Shown in pieces: positions 51,701 through 64,000 of a stretch of DNA of 64,000 nucleotides (positions are counted from its first letter, which is position 1; each line of letters opens with the position of its first letter). The stretch lies in contig CM082582.2 in assembly GCA_040954595.2 (NCBI GenBank), positions 11,838,415-11,902,414 on the forward strand. The letters run 5' to 3'. The translations under genes and the position numbers were made by a program. This stretch comes from Balanoglossus misakiensis (taxonomy: Eukaryota; Animalia; Hemichordata). The notes beneath the pieces are model-generated. The model saw only the letters and a program-made list of their open reading frames with translations, ran no database searches and was not told the origin of the DNA.

Positions 51701-51863
51701 CCGACGAAAAAGCGTCGGAATTTACGGCAAAAGTGACCGTAAATACACTGAACTCGTTAGATTTGTGCTACCCAACCGCCAAGATAAGTACCTTCAGCGA
51801 TCTCGGTCTGGATTTCAGTGAAATCACGGCTCTCGACGGATATATCAACGAGGAAACTCCACC

Positions 51864-51914
51864 ATGCCAGCTGAACGTAAAAGCGATGGATTCACCGGCG
51901 TTTTACGATTCTGA
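51864..51914 (+). other. out-of-frame uORF (MPAERKSDGFTGVLRF*) overlapping the C/EBP start codon
   Basis: ACCATGCCAG at 51861, 22 nt upstream of the main ATG at 51886; stop TGA at 51912-51914. Confidence 0.65.
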
Positions 51915-52689
51915 GGTGGATGTCACCAAGACGAAGGAGAAAAATCCTGTCTTCTTATTCGACGGACCTCTTCTGGCAGAGTACGGCGAGTTGTACCAAA
52001 ACGAAGGTTCAATCGATCTCAACGCCTATTTAGATCCAGGGGCTGCAGTATCAACGGAAAAGAGCGACGATCTGTTCAGAGAGCTCGGATTGCTGCCCAC
52101 GTCGTCGTCAGTCGCCGGGCCGTCGCAGAGTGAAGTTGCACTACCTGATCTGATTAAAGTGAACGACACCAAACCACAATCGACCACTGCAAACACCGAA
52201 TACATGCCTCAGATTGGTGGATTTGGAAGATCCGAATCTGACGAGTCGGAAAACCGACTGAAGATCGTCGTGAAGATCGAAAAGGACGAGGCCGCCGACG
52301 ACAGCTGCAGCCATAACTGTCCGAAGACCGACTTGGAAACAGACGTGAATTCAGCTAAGCAGACAACCTCAGCTAGTTCCGGAACCCGTAACCAGTTCAA
52401 GTCTCCTCCCGCAGGAAAAGTGCTCATCAAGGGGAAACGAGCGATCGACAAGGACAGCGACGAATACAAGCAGCGTCGTCAGCGAAACAACGTAGCTGTC
52501 CGGAAGTCGAGAGAGAAGACAAAACTGAAGCAACAAGAGACACAGAGCAAGGTTTCTGAACTGCAAGAAGAGAACGACCGGCTGCAGAAGAAAGTAGAGC
52601 TCTTGACCAAGGAGTTAACTGTGCTTAAGACTCTTTTTACTAATGTTGGTGTTGCAGCACCTGTATTCAACGGAGCCGATACGATGTAA
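51886..52689 (+). CDS. CEBP: intronless C/EBP alpha/beta/delta-type bZIP transcription factor, 267 aa
   Basis: Starts MDSPAFYD (compare MESADFYE); activation-domain motif NEGSIDLNAYLD; bZIP DKDSDEYKQRRQRNNVAVRKSREK...ENDRLQKKVELLTKELTVLKTLF; the reading frame stays open upstream to 51667. Confidence 0.92.
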   Translation: MDSPAFYDSEVDVTKTKEKNPVFLFDGPLLAEYGELYQNEGSIDLNAYLDPGAAVSTEKSDDLFRELGLLPTSSSVAGPSQSEVALPDLIKVNDTKPQSTTANTEYMPQIGGFGRSESDESENRLKIVVKIEKDEAADDSCSHNCPKTDLETDVNSAKQTTSASSGTRNQFKSPPAGKVLIKGKRAIDKDSDEYKQRRQRNNVAVRKSREKTKLKQQETQSKVSELQEENDRLQKKVELLTKELTVLKTLFTNVGVAAPVFNGADTM

Positions 52690-54374
52690 TTTCTGTCTAA
52701 CTCGAGCACATTGTAAATTTACCAACTTTCGTCCATCTGCTTGTGCTTTCGGGTTCAAGTCGACCCATTTTAAATGTAGTGATCAGTTCGCACACCTATT
52801 TATATGTTATTCATTGTGTGTCATTTCATACAGATATATATCCAGAGTAGTATACAAATATCTTGTCTTTTATAAATCTAGTGACTATAGGTTAGGGTAA
52901 TGTAATTTAAAACAGTACGCACACTGACTTGTTAACATTGTCAAATGATCATTAAATTATACTGGCAACTATCAATGCCAGAGTGTACACTGTACATCAC
53001 CTTGTGGTCTCTGTTTTCCCCAACATACATTGGTGTGTTTTATAGCACCACACTCAAAAATCAGTCATTTGGTACTGGCAATGTAACAGTACTTGTCAGT
53101 TAAAAAGCACAAAAATGGTGACAAAATGCTCGCTCATCCCTCCATAACCAAGCTTGACACAATGACGGTGCAAAGTCCAATGTCACTAAGCAAGTTGTGC
53201 CCAGATTGTCCAATAAGACATTCTGATAACCACTTGCTGTGACACCCACACTGTGGATTTTTAATGGTCCTTTGTTGGCTTCCATATGACCTCCACCCAG
53301 AAAGTGTATCACATCACATTCCATACACCGGTGGCCTTGAGTCAGCAATTCACAGTTGACTTCCATTGTCCATGCATGCCTGGCTATAAGTTAGAATATT
53401 CTGACATGACCACCAAAATATCTTATACGAGCTTATTGACAAATATATCTGTGCCCAGTGGTGACGATTTTCTTGAACTGAACATAATTAGAAAACATTT
53501 GATCAATGAAAAGACCCAACATTAAATACTTGCCACAGGAGACCACTTAAGTTCTTTTATCAGGATATCATTTTCAAATCATTTCAACTAACTCATAGAT
53601 AGGAACGACCCTGGCTGTATTTTTCCATTGGTGTTCTAGAAAGTTCCTTCAGGGTCATTACAGTATACCAGTGGAGCTACCATGGTTTACTGTAATATTC
53701 CATAGGTTTTCTAGAAAGTTCTTTAATTAAAGGTCATAGAAGCCCCACCCCATGTAACAATGCACATGGCTACAAAAAAATTGAAAATTTTAGTTACCAG
53801 ATCAGGTGATTGACAAGGAACACTATGTCCTAAAATGAAAGATGGTCCGGAAATATTAAAACACCCACTCAGAGAGGGTCAATGCCCTTTCATTGTACTC
53901 TGTAACCTATGACCCTATTTTCATTTTGTCACCATTCAGCCAACCAATATGGCATTTATATTACATGCCATGCCATGCCAATTCTGTGAAAAGGTGAACT
54001 CATTGGCAAGAAAAGTCCTTTAATTGTGTGATCATTTTAAGCTTAGTAATGGTCATATGATGGTGTACTGTGGGAGGGAATTCCCCTCTTAAATATGCTG
54101 ATGTAGTGGTACCTATTGATATGCAAATGACAAGCATGAGGATAGCTTGCTTGGGTGTTGCATCATTTATCCACTGTAGATACATGGTTGCTATGGTAAC
54201 ATGACGCAAACTGTAGAAAACATTGCGAGGACACAATACAGAAGCACTAGTGAAATAAAACCGTCCAATATCTGCAATATCTTGAATTTCATGTGCCATC
54301 CACCATTCAAGTGTTCAATCTCAGAATATAAAACTGAATATCTTGTAAATATATGGTCTGCATCCCATAAGGAA

Positions 54375-57300
54375 TCAGTCATGGTTTATATTTATTTCCT
54401 CCAAGGCCACAGTATCTTTTGATGACTGCACTACATAGCAGTTGATTGGTCCAATGTCTACTCCCAGGATGCATTGCATGTCGTACCCATCGTCAGACTG
54501 CTCAGACACAGGCAGGATTTTCTCAATAGTGTTTTGTAAGAGCTGTCGGAGAAAAGAAAACTATTTTGAGAAAATGGACTCGGCAGATTGGTTGTAGTGG
54601 GCAGAAACAGATGGAAGATCTCCTACCTGAACTTTGATGGACAGGTTTTGTGACTCCTCCTCATCCTTGGACTTGACAAAGATTTCCAAATTCATGCGGA
54701 TGACCGGGGTTGTCACATCTCTGTCACACTTAGAGCAGTGCAGTTCAGTCACACTGAAACACAAGAAAGATACACACTGAATATATCTTGAACTCCACAA
54801 ACAATATATCACAGCATACACCACACAAATGCTCACACACAAAATAAATTACAAGTCTCAGTGAATATGCTTTGACAGGATAATGGCATCATAGATGGAA
54901 CAAGTGTTTATACAGAACACTGGTGTCCTGTAAATTGTACTGTTGCACCGTGAAAACAACTACAACTTACTCCTCTTCACCACCTTGAAGTCTGTCGTTA
55001 CCACAAACATCACACACCGGCCATGAAAATGCTGTTGTCTCATCTATGCCATCAACAACACCTGCAGATCGAACAAAGCTTCAGTCAGTGTGAAGACATG
55101 AATATTTACAGAAAGCTATTTATACTCAAAGCATATTTTAACCTTTCACAATGAACAGATGAGTGCTGTAGCTCCTCCATGAAACACAGATCGTACCTGT
55201 TATCTGCACCAAGCTATGTTGTCTACTGCCACCTTGGAGTTTGGGTAAAGTGACCAGGGACGGTCGTCCAAGACTTCTCACCAGGTCTTCATGAACTTGC
55301 TTAACACCTAAAACAGCCTGGTTCTCATTCCCACACGTTACTTTGGATATCATAGTGCAAGAATCAGCATAGGTTTGATAGTGTTCATCTGAATAAAAGA
55401 GTTTGAATGATTCATCAGCATTAGATGGGGAAAAATCTATCCAGTCGAACAAAAGGGATCATAATGAACAAGGCAAAAATTACACATGCTTTACCTTGAA
55501 GTTTCTCAATGCACAAGTCTTGAAAGAAGACCATCTCTCCTGGACACAAAGATTTCCTGACTACTTCCAACAAGCAGCAGGAACTTCTAACATGGACATA
55601 AACGACACTGGGTGATGGACTGCTTGATTTACCATGATCGGCAGTCTGTAAGGAGCTATCGGTGATATATACATGGTGACCTCTAACCTCTGCTTGTTCC
55701 AAGTCATCATTTGCAGGATCCGATTCTTGGAACTCAGTTCTTGTATAGATGATTCTTCCGTACACACTTATCCTTGCAGATTTGAACTGGAGCTGGGAAG
55801 ACAGAAGAGCACAGATCAATCATCTGTTACATCTCTGTTACATGATTCCCAACCTATCTTCAATATCGGCCCAGCCACACATCAATGAAAACAAAATGCC
55901 TACCTTGTGGAGATGTTGGAGATCGGCCACGTGAGGGTCTTTGTAAATATGGGATTTGCATTGAGTAGCCTTGAGTTTATCATTACCGCCGGTAGTTGTG
56001 ACCGTGTAACAAAAACTTGGCGGTGGAGACATGTTGCTGCTTGTACCCTAGTTTACAAAAAACAGAACAAAGACAGGGTCAGATCTGTAGATAGTAGTAA
56101 GTACTCTTCCTTCAATAGTTCAGTTTGTAGAGCTACAAACCTAAGGTTGGGTTCTAATTGCATCATTCGTAACTATTGACCAGCATTCAGCTGTAACTAA
56201 CCTGTATTTCCACACCAGGTTGATGTGAAGCATTGCCAATGTCATCAACTTTTAGTGGCCACAGGGAATCGATCAATGAGAACAACGCAGGAGATCTGTC
56301 ATGAAAATTTGAAGGATTGGAAATAGTTTAGTCGACAGAAATAAATGAGTACAGCAAAGAAATTACACTACTTTCCAACTTCACTGAATCATACATCTTT
56401 AAGAAAGTAACCATCACCTCATTCTATTTGCCCGTTGTACAACTCTGAGTCCTGAGAAGACGTATTCTCTGCCCTGTCCACATGTCAAACATTCAAGCCA
56501 GTTCTCCTCAGTACTTGTCACCTGTGGGAGTTGTAATTCACAGAAATTTTTGTGGCTGTCCTGAAGCAGTAAGATCCACTGATGCTGTTGTCTTGGTGTG
56601 GTTTGCGGTGATGGTAACTGTCCTCGTACTGGCCTAGTCAAACTACATGGAAAGTTAGGGATACAGAATAAACACATGGAAAAATAATTAAGGAATGGCT
56701 TGAAAATGACAGGTTGGTTTTTAAAGTAAAGTTGGACCTCTAAAGAGGCAACTGGGGTGAAAGGTTTGAAGTTCTCCTCACCTCGATTTTCCTGAGACCC
56801 TCCTGCAGTATATCCTCTGTACAGTGGCCTTGACCATGAGACCCGAGGCAGAATGACCACCATGTTCCCCAATGGTTTCAAGGAATGATTCAGATATCGC
56901 TTTCTTCGGTTCTGTCAGGGGAAATATCTGAGTTTCCACGGTTTCTATAAACTTGCTGCTGCTGAATAATCGTGACGGTTGTAATTTCTGTGAAACAAAA
57001 GAATCATTAATTTAGTAATACTGTTCCTGAACAGGCCCAAAGGAATTACATGTACTAAATTGTATATAATGGCCACTTTTTAGACAGCATTCTTCTAGCA
57101 ACACTAGACATAGACACCAGACCTTTTTCGGTGAGATCACAGTGAGTGAAGACTGCTGCTGGTCTTCAGCTGGATGTAGAGATGCTGTCAATTGTGAGCT
57201 GCCATCGCTGTCTCCGATACTCCCATCACCAATGGCTTGACAGTAGTATGTACACAGTAAGATGGGTTCTGTGTGATGTGGTAGAGTTAGTTTCTGCCTG

Positions 57301-59467
57301 TTACGGAGGAAGTCAGAGCGAGACAGATAGTTGAGAATCTATTGGGTGTTTTCCATGAAGAGTTGTATAGTACTATCCAACTACCAACTGAGTAAGAATA
57401 CAAAGGATTTCTGCTACATACCAGGGTGGGTAAATCTTAATCACAGAACCAACACCCAATCCAAGCTGATCACTGGTGCTGTGTGTAAATAATGCCCAGA
57501 TGGTTTTTGGTGTTGTGTCACACTGATTGGCAGTGTCCGATATCACTTCACATCTGGCAACCCTCGTTTGACACTGTACATCCAGTGACAGCACCCTCAC
57601 TGTCAGTGCTGAGCCGGTACTGTTGCCTGTGTTGTGAAAATTACAGGAAAAATATATTCTCATCTGTACATAGCCTTACTCACTAGCTAACCAACAGACA
57701 ACCTGTATTTTACTAAATTCACACCCACAGCAACATACAAGGCAACCCATTTTTACTGATTTTCAACCCACATACCTTTCTTGTTGCTGGCTTGATGATG
57801 AGACCAAAATGCCATGGAGGATTTCTCCCTCGACAGGATTCTTTGCAGCTGCTCTGCCAAACCACCCCTGATTTGAATCACAGAGAGCAAATGTCAGTTG
57901 TTTGTACCAAGCATGGTAGAAAGTAGAAAACCTACCAAAATCTGCAAAACAAGATTAGATTGTACCTCATATATTTCTTTTTCTTTCTGGTGGAGTCAAC
58001 TTGCGCAGGTGTCGTTGCATCTGGTGGCTTCTTCTCCGGTGTTTGCCATTGGACAGATTTCAACCAATCGCTGCCTTTCTTGTGACTTCCAGCATCACAC
58101 TCTTCAGCGTCGCCCTTTCCAGAGAAGACGGACGATGACCCTGAACTTATACTTGGCACAGACACATCAATGGACAGATCTTCCTGTGACCTTGATGAGT
58201 CTGTTACATCCCGTGAGGAGGTGCCATAACTTGATATCTGTGTGGAAAACAAGCACACACAATGAAATTGCTAAATACAGTATTGATCAATGGTCATGGA
58301 GATTATCTGCCACCAGGTACCTATGGTTTATTTCAGCTTGTATGTTGAAAACTTTTGTGATAAACAAAGAGTACCTGAAAAATCTTTGTTCGCATTTACT
58401 GAGCTAAAGAACTCCTGGATGGTCATTGCACTACTCACTTGGGATGCAGGACTAGTTTTTGAGCTCGATGACATCATCATCTTTGGGACCCGCAGCCTTG
58501 TCTGTGATGGGGGCGAGGGAGGTATCATATCATCTTCCGAGTCACTGCCACTTTCACTCCAATCAATCTCTACATCCACGTTCTCTTCCCGTAAAATAGC
58601 TTGGTGTCCAGTGTCTTTTGGTGTGGATACTCTCTCTACAAGATGTTGATATCAAATATTAAGACACAATTAGTTTTTTCTTGTTAAACTTGTAAGAATA
58701 GTACTGAGCTACTTCCAAGGGCCATCAAGATTAATCCTAACAGTAGCGTTAATACCAACTTTTCTTTTCTGTGGATCCTGACTTGGATTTCTTGGTGCAT
58801 GTTTTGTTTGGTGTGGTTTTCTCCAAGCCTTTCTCAATAGTGCTGTTCAGATCATCAAAACCATCAGCACATCTATCCCAGGAACTCTTCATGCCCTGCC
58901 CATCCGAGCCTCTCTTTTTCTTGGCTGAGTTGCTACTTTGCTGACTCAACGGCTGGATGAAAAATAATACACACACAATGAAGATACAAACTGTTGTCAT
59001 GTACACATGTTTATTAGAAGATAACAGTGAGTTCTTATACAGATTACTTTCAATGTTTGAGAGACACTGTGGATATGTCAAATATGGCTAAATCTTATTA
59101 TTGAGATGTCTTTGACAACTGCCTAAAGACAAAGTGAAATTATTGAAGTGACGTAGAGGGCGCAAAACGGAGTGCGTCCGCGCGCGCACAAGTCCTATCG
59201 CGCACATTCACATCGACATTCAACAACTAACCATGCCTCGCTCGTCTCCTGACCTCAAGGCCAACTACATGTATTACTAAATGCATGTGCTATGGTTATG
59301 TAAATTACGCCAGTGCGGTGGGAATCGGTGATCTGTTCTGTCAGCTTTTGGGCATTTCTGCGAACTTGCGAATGACCTAAAACTAAAAGTAACACGTCGA
59401 AAAAACTTCTCACCGGTGCTCTCTTCTTTTGCAAGGCGAATCCTTCATCCCGCCTTCCCCAGTCCAT
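54375..59467 (-). CDS. SPIDR: DNA repair-scaffolding protein SPIDR (KIAA0146), multi-exon
   Basis: First exon 59467-59414; motifs WDRCADGF, IDWSES, SDWLKS, GSVIKIYPPW, CSKC; last exon 54542-54375 LLQNTIEKIL...GYDMQCILGVDIGPINCYV...LEEI matches the SPIDR C-terminus. Internal boundaries not all resolved. Confidence 0.8.
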
Positions 59468-59984
59468 TTTCCGGAACGTGAACTGGGTTGCTGAATATTT
59501 CGATTCTTTGCGAAATTACGTACGTGACAGAGACATTGTCAATACTGAGTGGAATGGCACAACCATGTACCACTTCGAACTTCGCTCGCAAGAGTGGGCG
59601 CCATGTTTTTATTGACATGACCACTTAGGTCATTGAAATGTCAAGATCATACATGTTTTCGGTTTATATTCCAGGCATGTATATCATATAATGAAAGACA
59701 TAAATGTGCACTTACACTGACACAGTATTTCGTAAATAAACACATTTCTCTAAAAGTTGGATTAAAATATTTTTGGTTTATGACAAGTGAGTTGGGTAGT
59801 CTCGCTTTTCGCCATTCAGACACATGCGCAGTTAGAGCAAGTCAAGTCATGTTAAAATTCGAGAAAGCAGACTGTTTATGCACTGAATACGCTGTTTAAT
59901 CACCGAAAAAGTGTAAATTCAACGAGCTTTATCAACTTGGATACCTCATAGTGCTGCCCCACCGTACTGTAGATCTGGTGTGAA

Positions 59985-62900
59985 ATGGAGCCCTCATCGA
60001 GCTCATCCATGAGTACGGATGAAGCCACGCAGCTTCTGAAAGACATGTTGAACGTGGGGAAATCTTTCGGTTTGTCCACAGGTACTGGTCAAACTGCTGC
60101 GCATTTATGAAATTCTAATCTTGTGCTTTCCAAGAATTCTGTAATGGACACCTTATTACATTATGATACCGCTGCTGTGTCTTTTGAACTTTCTTGCGAC
60201 TTATAAACTTGGCAGACGTGAGAGGGCCAGAATAAGAGAAGGTACATCGAAAATGTCACTTTCATGCGAGCACATGCATGCTTGGTAGACTCTGTCATAG
60301 ATAGATTGTTTTGTTTTTAATGATTTGGCCAGCCGCCAGACGGACTGGCCCGAGCCATGTCAATCGCATGACGCAGTATGTATTCACATAATCTCATGCA
60401 TGAAGCAGGGCTGTGTGATCTGGATTTCACAAAATAATTTAGATGTTAATTAAAATTATTTGTCATTGTAAATTTCATATACAGATTCCAGTCTCCACAG
60501 CACGACTGACGCCATGCAGAATCATGGACCTACTGGTGATAGGTGAGATCATATATGAACATATAAGCGGTGTTTGCAAGAGGGTAACCGTTGTGTAGAT
60601 AAGGTCAAAGTCCCTAGAATATTATAAAGCGACCTGAAAAAAAGATTGCAAACTTCACAGCTAATGTCCCTGTAAACAACAATTGTCTTTCAGGTCAGGC
60701 ATATCCACAATGAACAGTACATCTTCAGAACTGATGCCAAGGAATGGCAGTGGTGAGGCAAGCGAGTTGCCGATGTCTCTTGGCACTGGAGGAAGAAGCG
60801 CAGGAGAAATCACAACAAGACAACAAATGTAAGTCAGTTTATCATCTGGTGATTTCACAGATGTCCAGTAGTACTATTTATTGTTGACATTTCAGGTAAT
60901 ATTTTCTTACCTGTACTTCCCCCTGTCACTTATACAGATTGCTGCAAGGTAATGATCGTACAGGAAGTGTTCCAATCTATGCCAAAGATGTAACAATCGT
61001 CGAGAGTGAAGCATCCTCTGTCGCCAATTCTACTGCAGGAAGCAATAAGGTAGGATCTTGGTTTTTTTTCTCAGCAAGGAATCATTTTGTTTAGACATTG
61101 AAAGGACCTCCATGATCTTTGCCAATCTGCCTGTGTCTGATACAGTTTTTTTTCTTCTCACAGGTGAAGATATCTCCTGTTACCAATTATGACTGGGAGC
61201 AGAAGTACTATACTGGTAACCTGGTAGCTGTCAACAACACATATGTGGCCTATGCATTGAAAGGTAGATACCAGTAGCTGTAACGGTGGGACTTATGTCT
61301 GTATTCAAAGAAAATTCCATACGTTGTCTTCTGTAAGATGTCATAGGACACCAGAGACACTTCTGCTATCCATAATTTGACTGCCTTGACACACCAAGAG
61401 GAACTCCTGTAAAATGACTGTTTTTGATTTGTTGTTGTATCTAGGTCGTGATGGGTACGTCGTCCGAGTGATCAACTTCAAGTCTTCAGCCAGGGTTCTT
61501 GTCAAGGGATTTGCTGGCGTGGTAGTTGACCTAGCCTTTGGCCACCTCAATTCGAACACACTGGCCTGCATTGATGAACAAGGCAACCTGTTTGTTGGCG
61601 ATTTGACTGAAGACAGCGATGGCAAGATAGTGTATCTTTTGATTGACCATATGGTGTATATTTGCATTTGAGTTGTGTATTTGAGTTTAATTGATTCAAG
61701 TCTATTGTTGTTCAAGTTCACTGTAATCCCCCCTTTTCATGTAAAGCAGTAACAGAAAACATGCATCCAGGTCTTGTCAGCTTGTGATACTGTAAAATGT
61801 GACCCTTGACCTCCACAATCAGTCATGAATTTAGAGTCATCGTGATGAGGCCAGAAAACACCCCATTCAGCGAGCATCACCGAGTTATATGGTGTCCATA
61901 TATCCCAGAAGACGTCAGCGACTCCGGGTCAAGTAATACATCCAGTGCAGACGATGATGTCAGACTCTTAGCCATCACTCACGACAAACGGGTAATTCTT
62001 GTACTTTCAAACCTCTGGTAACATTTTGTCTTGTGATTTAGTATGGATTTTATCATAAGTTAGTTTTAACTGGAAAGACATTCTTTGTTGTAAAGAAAAT
62101 AAGCTGAGAAGAATGTGCAAAACTTTCCTCTTTTCTCTCACAAAGGCTGAAGTTTTGGATCTTGATGTCATAGTTGGTAACCATGGCAATAATGCCGTCA
62201 GGATAAATGAAATCACGGAAGGAGTGATCACAATAGATGGACATGAACAGGTAATCTCATTTTGTAAAATTTAAAGTCGTTTTATGATTTTGGGTTGCTC
62301 GAAGCTCCATTAGCTTTTACTTTTTTGACCCTGTGTAAACACCTCTGGTTCGCAGACATACAAACATTCATGAATACTTAGACCTTTGTTACACCTGTAC
62401 CCTACAGCCAATCAGCCAGGCTGCCCTGTCGCCAGATGGTGCAGTGTTGGCCACTGCGAGCTTAGATGGCACAGTCAAATTTTGGCAAGTGTACCTTGAG
62501 AGCAGTGATCCACCCAGACGACTCCATCAGTGGACTCCCCACAACGGCCGACCGGTATCATGTCTACTTTTCTGTGACAACCACAAGTTCCAAGACCCCA
62601 AGTAAGTAAATAATAAAAACAATCTCTGAATATAATCATTTCCTGTAAATAAGCCCTACATATCTGTATGTGTAAGCATGTATTACTTTGAATTGAATGT
62701 TCTCGATAATTCTCTCTTGTCTACAGTTTACCATTTTGGAGATTTCTGTTGACTGGTGCTGATTTCAACAAAGAAATCAAGGTCTGGTGCACCGTGTCCT
62801 GGACCTGTCTGCAAACGTTACAGTTTTTGAGTCCAAGTCATTTACTTCCCGATCCCTGTATGAAAGCTTCATTGGATCTGTCCGCTGGCTATCTTGTCAT

Positions 62901-64000
62901 GTCAGATATCAAGAGAAAGGTAACATTACATTCTCATAGCAGAATTACGCTCATAGGTTTTAGCCAAAATAAACCTCAAGTCAAAACAAGTCATTATTTG
63001 CTACAAAGGTTGTGATGTAGACATTGGTTTGATTTCATGTCAGGTGCTGTATGTTCTAGAAGTTTTCCAAGACATCGAAAAGGGATACGCCCATGTATCT
63101 TCGATCTCAGAGTTTCTGCTGACTGTGCCTATGCTGAGTTTTGCAATCCTGGATGCAGCTAGGAAGAAATTCAAACACAGCATGGCAGACGATGTGGATG
63201 GAGACGTCGAACAGGAAGAGGAAGAAGCAGGTGAGAGATCATGGTGAATTCGGAAAAATTTGTCCAGTTGGGAGGGTGGACTGTGGACACAAATGAGATT
63301 GTATATTCTGTGATACTGTTAAACCTGATGAGTTGAATTTTATCTTGTATTTGCCTGCAGCTGATGTTGATAGGTCGGTAGAGAAAGATCAACTTGGAGA
63401 CAGTACCAGTGGAATTGATGTTGTCATCAAAATGTACTGTGTTCATACCAAGTAAGTCTTATCAGATTTTGTCTCTTGCTTTCTTTCTTGTAACTGTATT
63501 TCTTATCCATGTGTACATGTACATGTGCTAAACACATAGTGTGCTTTGACCCTGTAGGGCTCTGCAAGCACTGCAGATACGCTTCAAACCACAGTCTTCA
63601 GTCATGTCCCTCCAAGAGCAAGTGGCTGCATCTGTCAGCACCATGTCACAGGATGAGATTGGTGAGTTAAAGTGTTCACTTCCTTGAAAGTTTTTTCAGC
63701 AGTTGACATTTATGGAAGAGTATTTCAGAATTGCATCTTCATCCATCAGGTCTCCGAGATCAGCTATCAGATCTGGATCAGTCAACAGATGTTGAGGGAT
63801 CCCAGGTGGATCTACAAGCATCTGCAAACGAAGAGGAGGGAGAAGATGAAGAAGACCATGCTCCGACTCCAACCCCCGGGACGTCCATGACCAGCTCCTT
63901 CACGTCAGATACGGCGCGGTCGCCACACCACCAGCCATTGCTGCTTCCCCCTGGAGCGTTCACGAGCGTCACGCCGAAGCAGTCGCCACAGATGTTGCGA
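59985..64000 (+). CDS. EDC4: enhancer of mRNA-decapping protein 4 (Ge-1), N-terminal WD40 region, partial
   Basis: Exons encode GSNKVKISPVTNYDWEQKYYTGNLVAV, LVKGFAGVVVDLAFGH, RVIWCPYIPE, ALSPDGAVLATASLDGTVKFWQ, PFWRFLLTGADFNKEIKVWCTVSWTCLQT, SDIKRKVLYVLE. Confidence 0.93.
61632..61822 (+). other. U12-type (minor spliceosome) GT-AG intron in EDC4
   Basis: 5' site GTATCTTTT; branch-like CCCTTGAC at 61803-61810, about 13 nt from the CAG; no U-rich polypyrimidine tract; reading frame joins as DGKIV-HEFRV. Confidence 0.75.

Noticed and set aside
51667-51885. TTG start of the 340-aa C/EBP ORF given by the track
   Set aside because: Non-AUG start in a eukaryote; family-like sequence begins at MDSPAFYD (51886). 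The extension is kept only as a possible near-cognate isoform.

Overview
Eukaryotic, intron-rich animal DNA of moderate AT bias. It looks like a marine invertebrate, possibly a deuterostome, but the taxon cannot be determined from this window. Gene order: a 14-exon SLC5A3/SMIT1-like sodium/myo-inositol transporter (-); a non-coding polycistronic box C/D snoRNA host gene resembling SNHG1/UHG (-, ~9.9-14 kb) with SNORD29-, 27-, 29-, 27-, 30-, 25-, 31- and 31-like guides; APCDD1 (+, 4 exons, large introns); a 2-exon orphan gene of ~260 aa (-); three tandem GLYAT-like GNAT acyltransferases (+); CEBPG (-) head-to-head with an intronless C/EBP alpha/beta/delta-type gene (+); SPIDR (-); and EDC4 (+, truncated by the window end). 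Highlights: (1) one SNORD29-like copy is split by a 1139-bp TTAA-flanked Kolobok-like element yet keeps boxes C and D and its terminal stem; (2) the CEBPG-CEBP-SPIDR block appears to be the ancestral form of two separate vertebrate linkages; (3) the C/EBP gene has the uORF and internal-AUG layout that controls isoform choice in vertebrates; (4) EDC4 has a U12-type intron and two GNAT paralogs share a GC-AG intron; (5) several MITEs have clear target-site duplications. Exon boundaries were read by eye, and family assignments rest on remembered sequence motifs rather than database searches.
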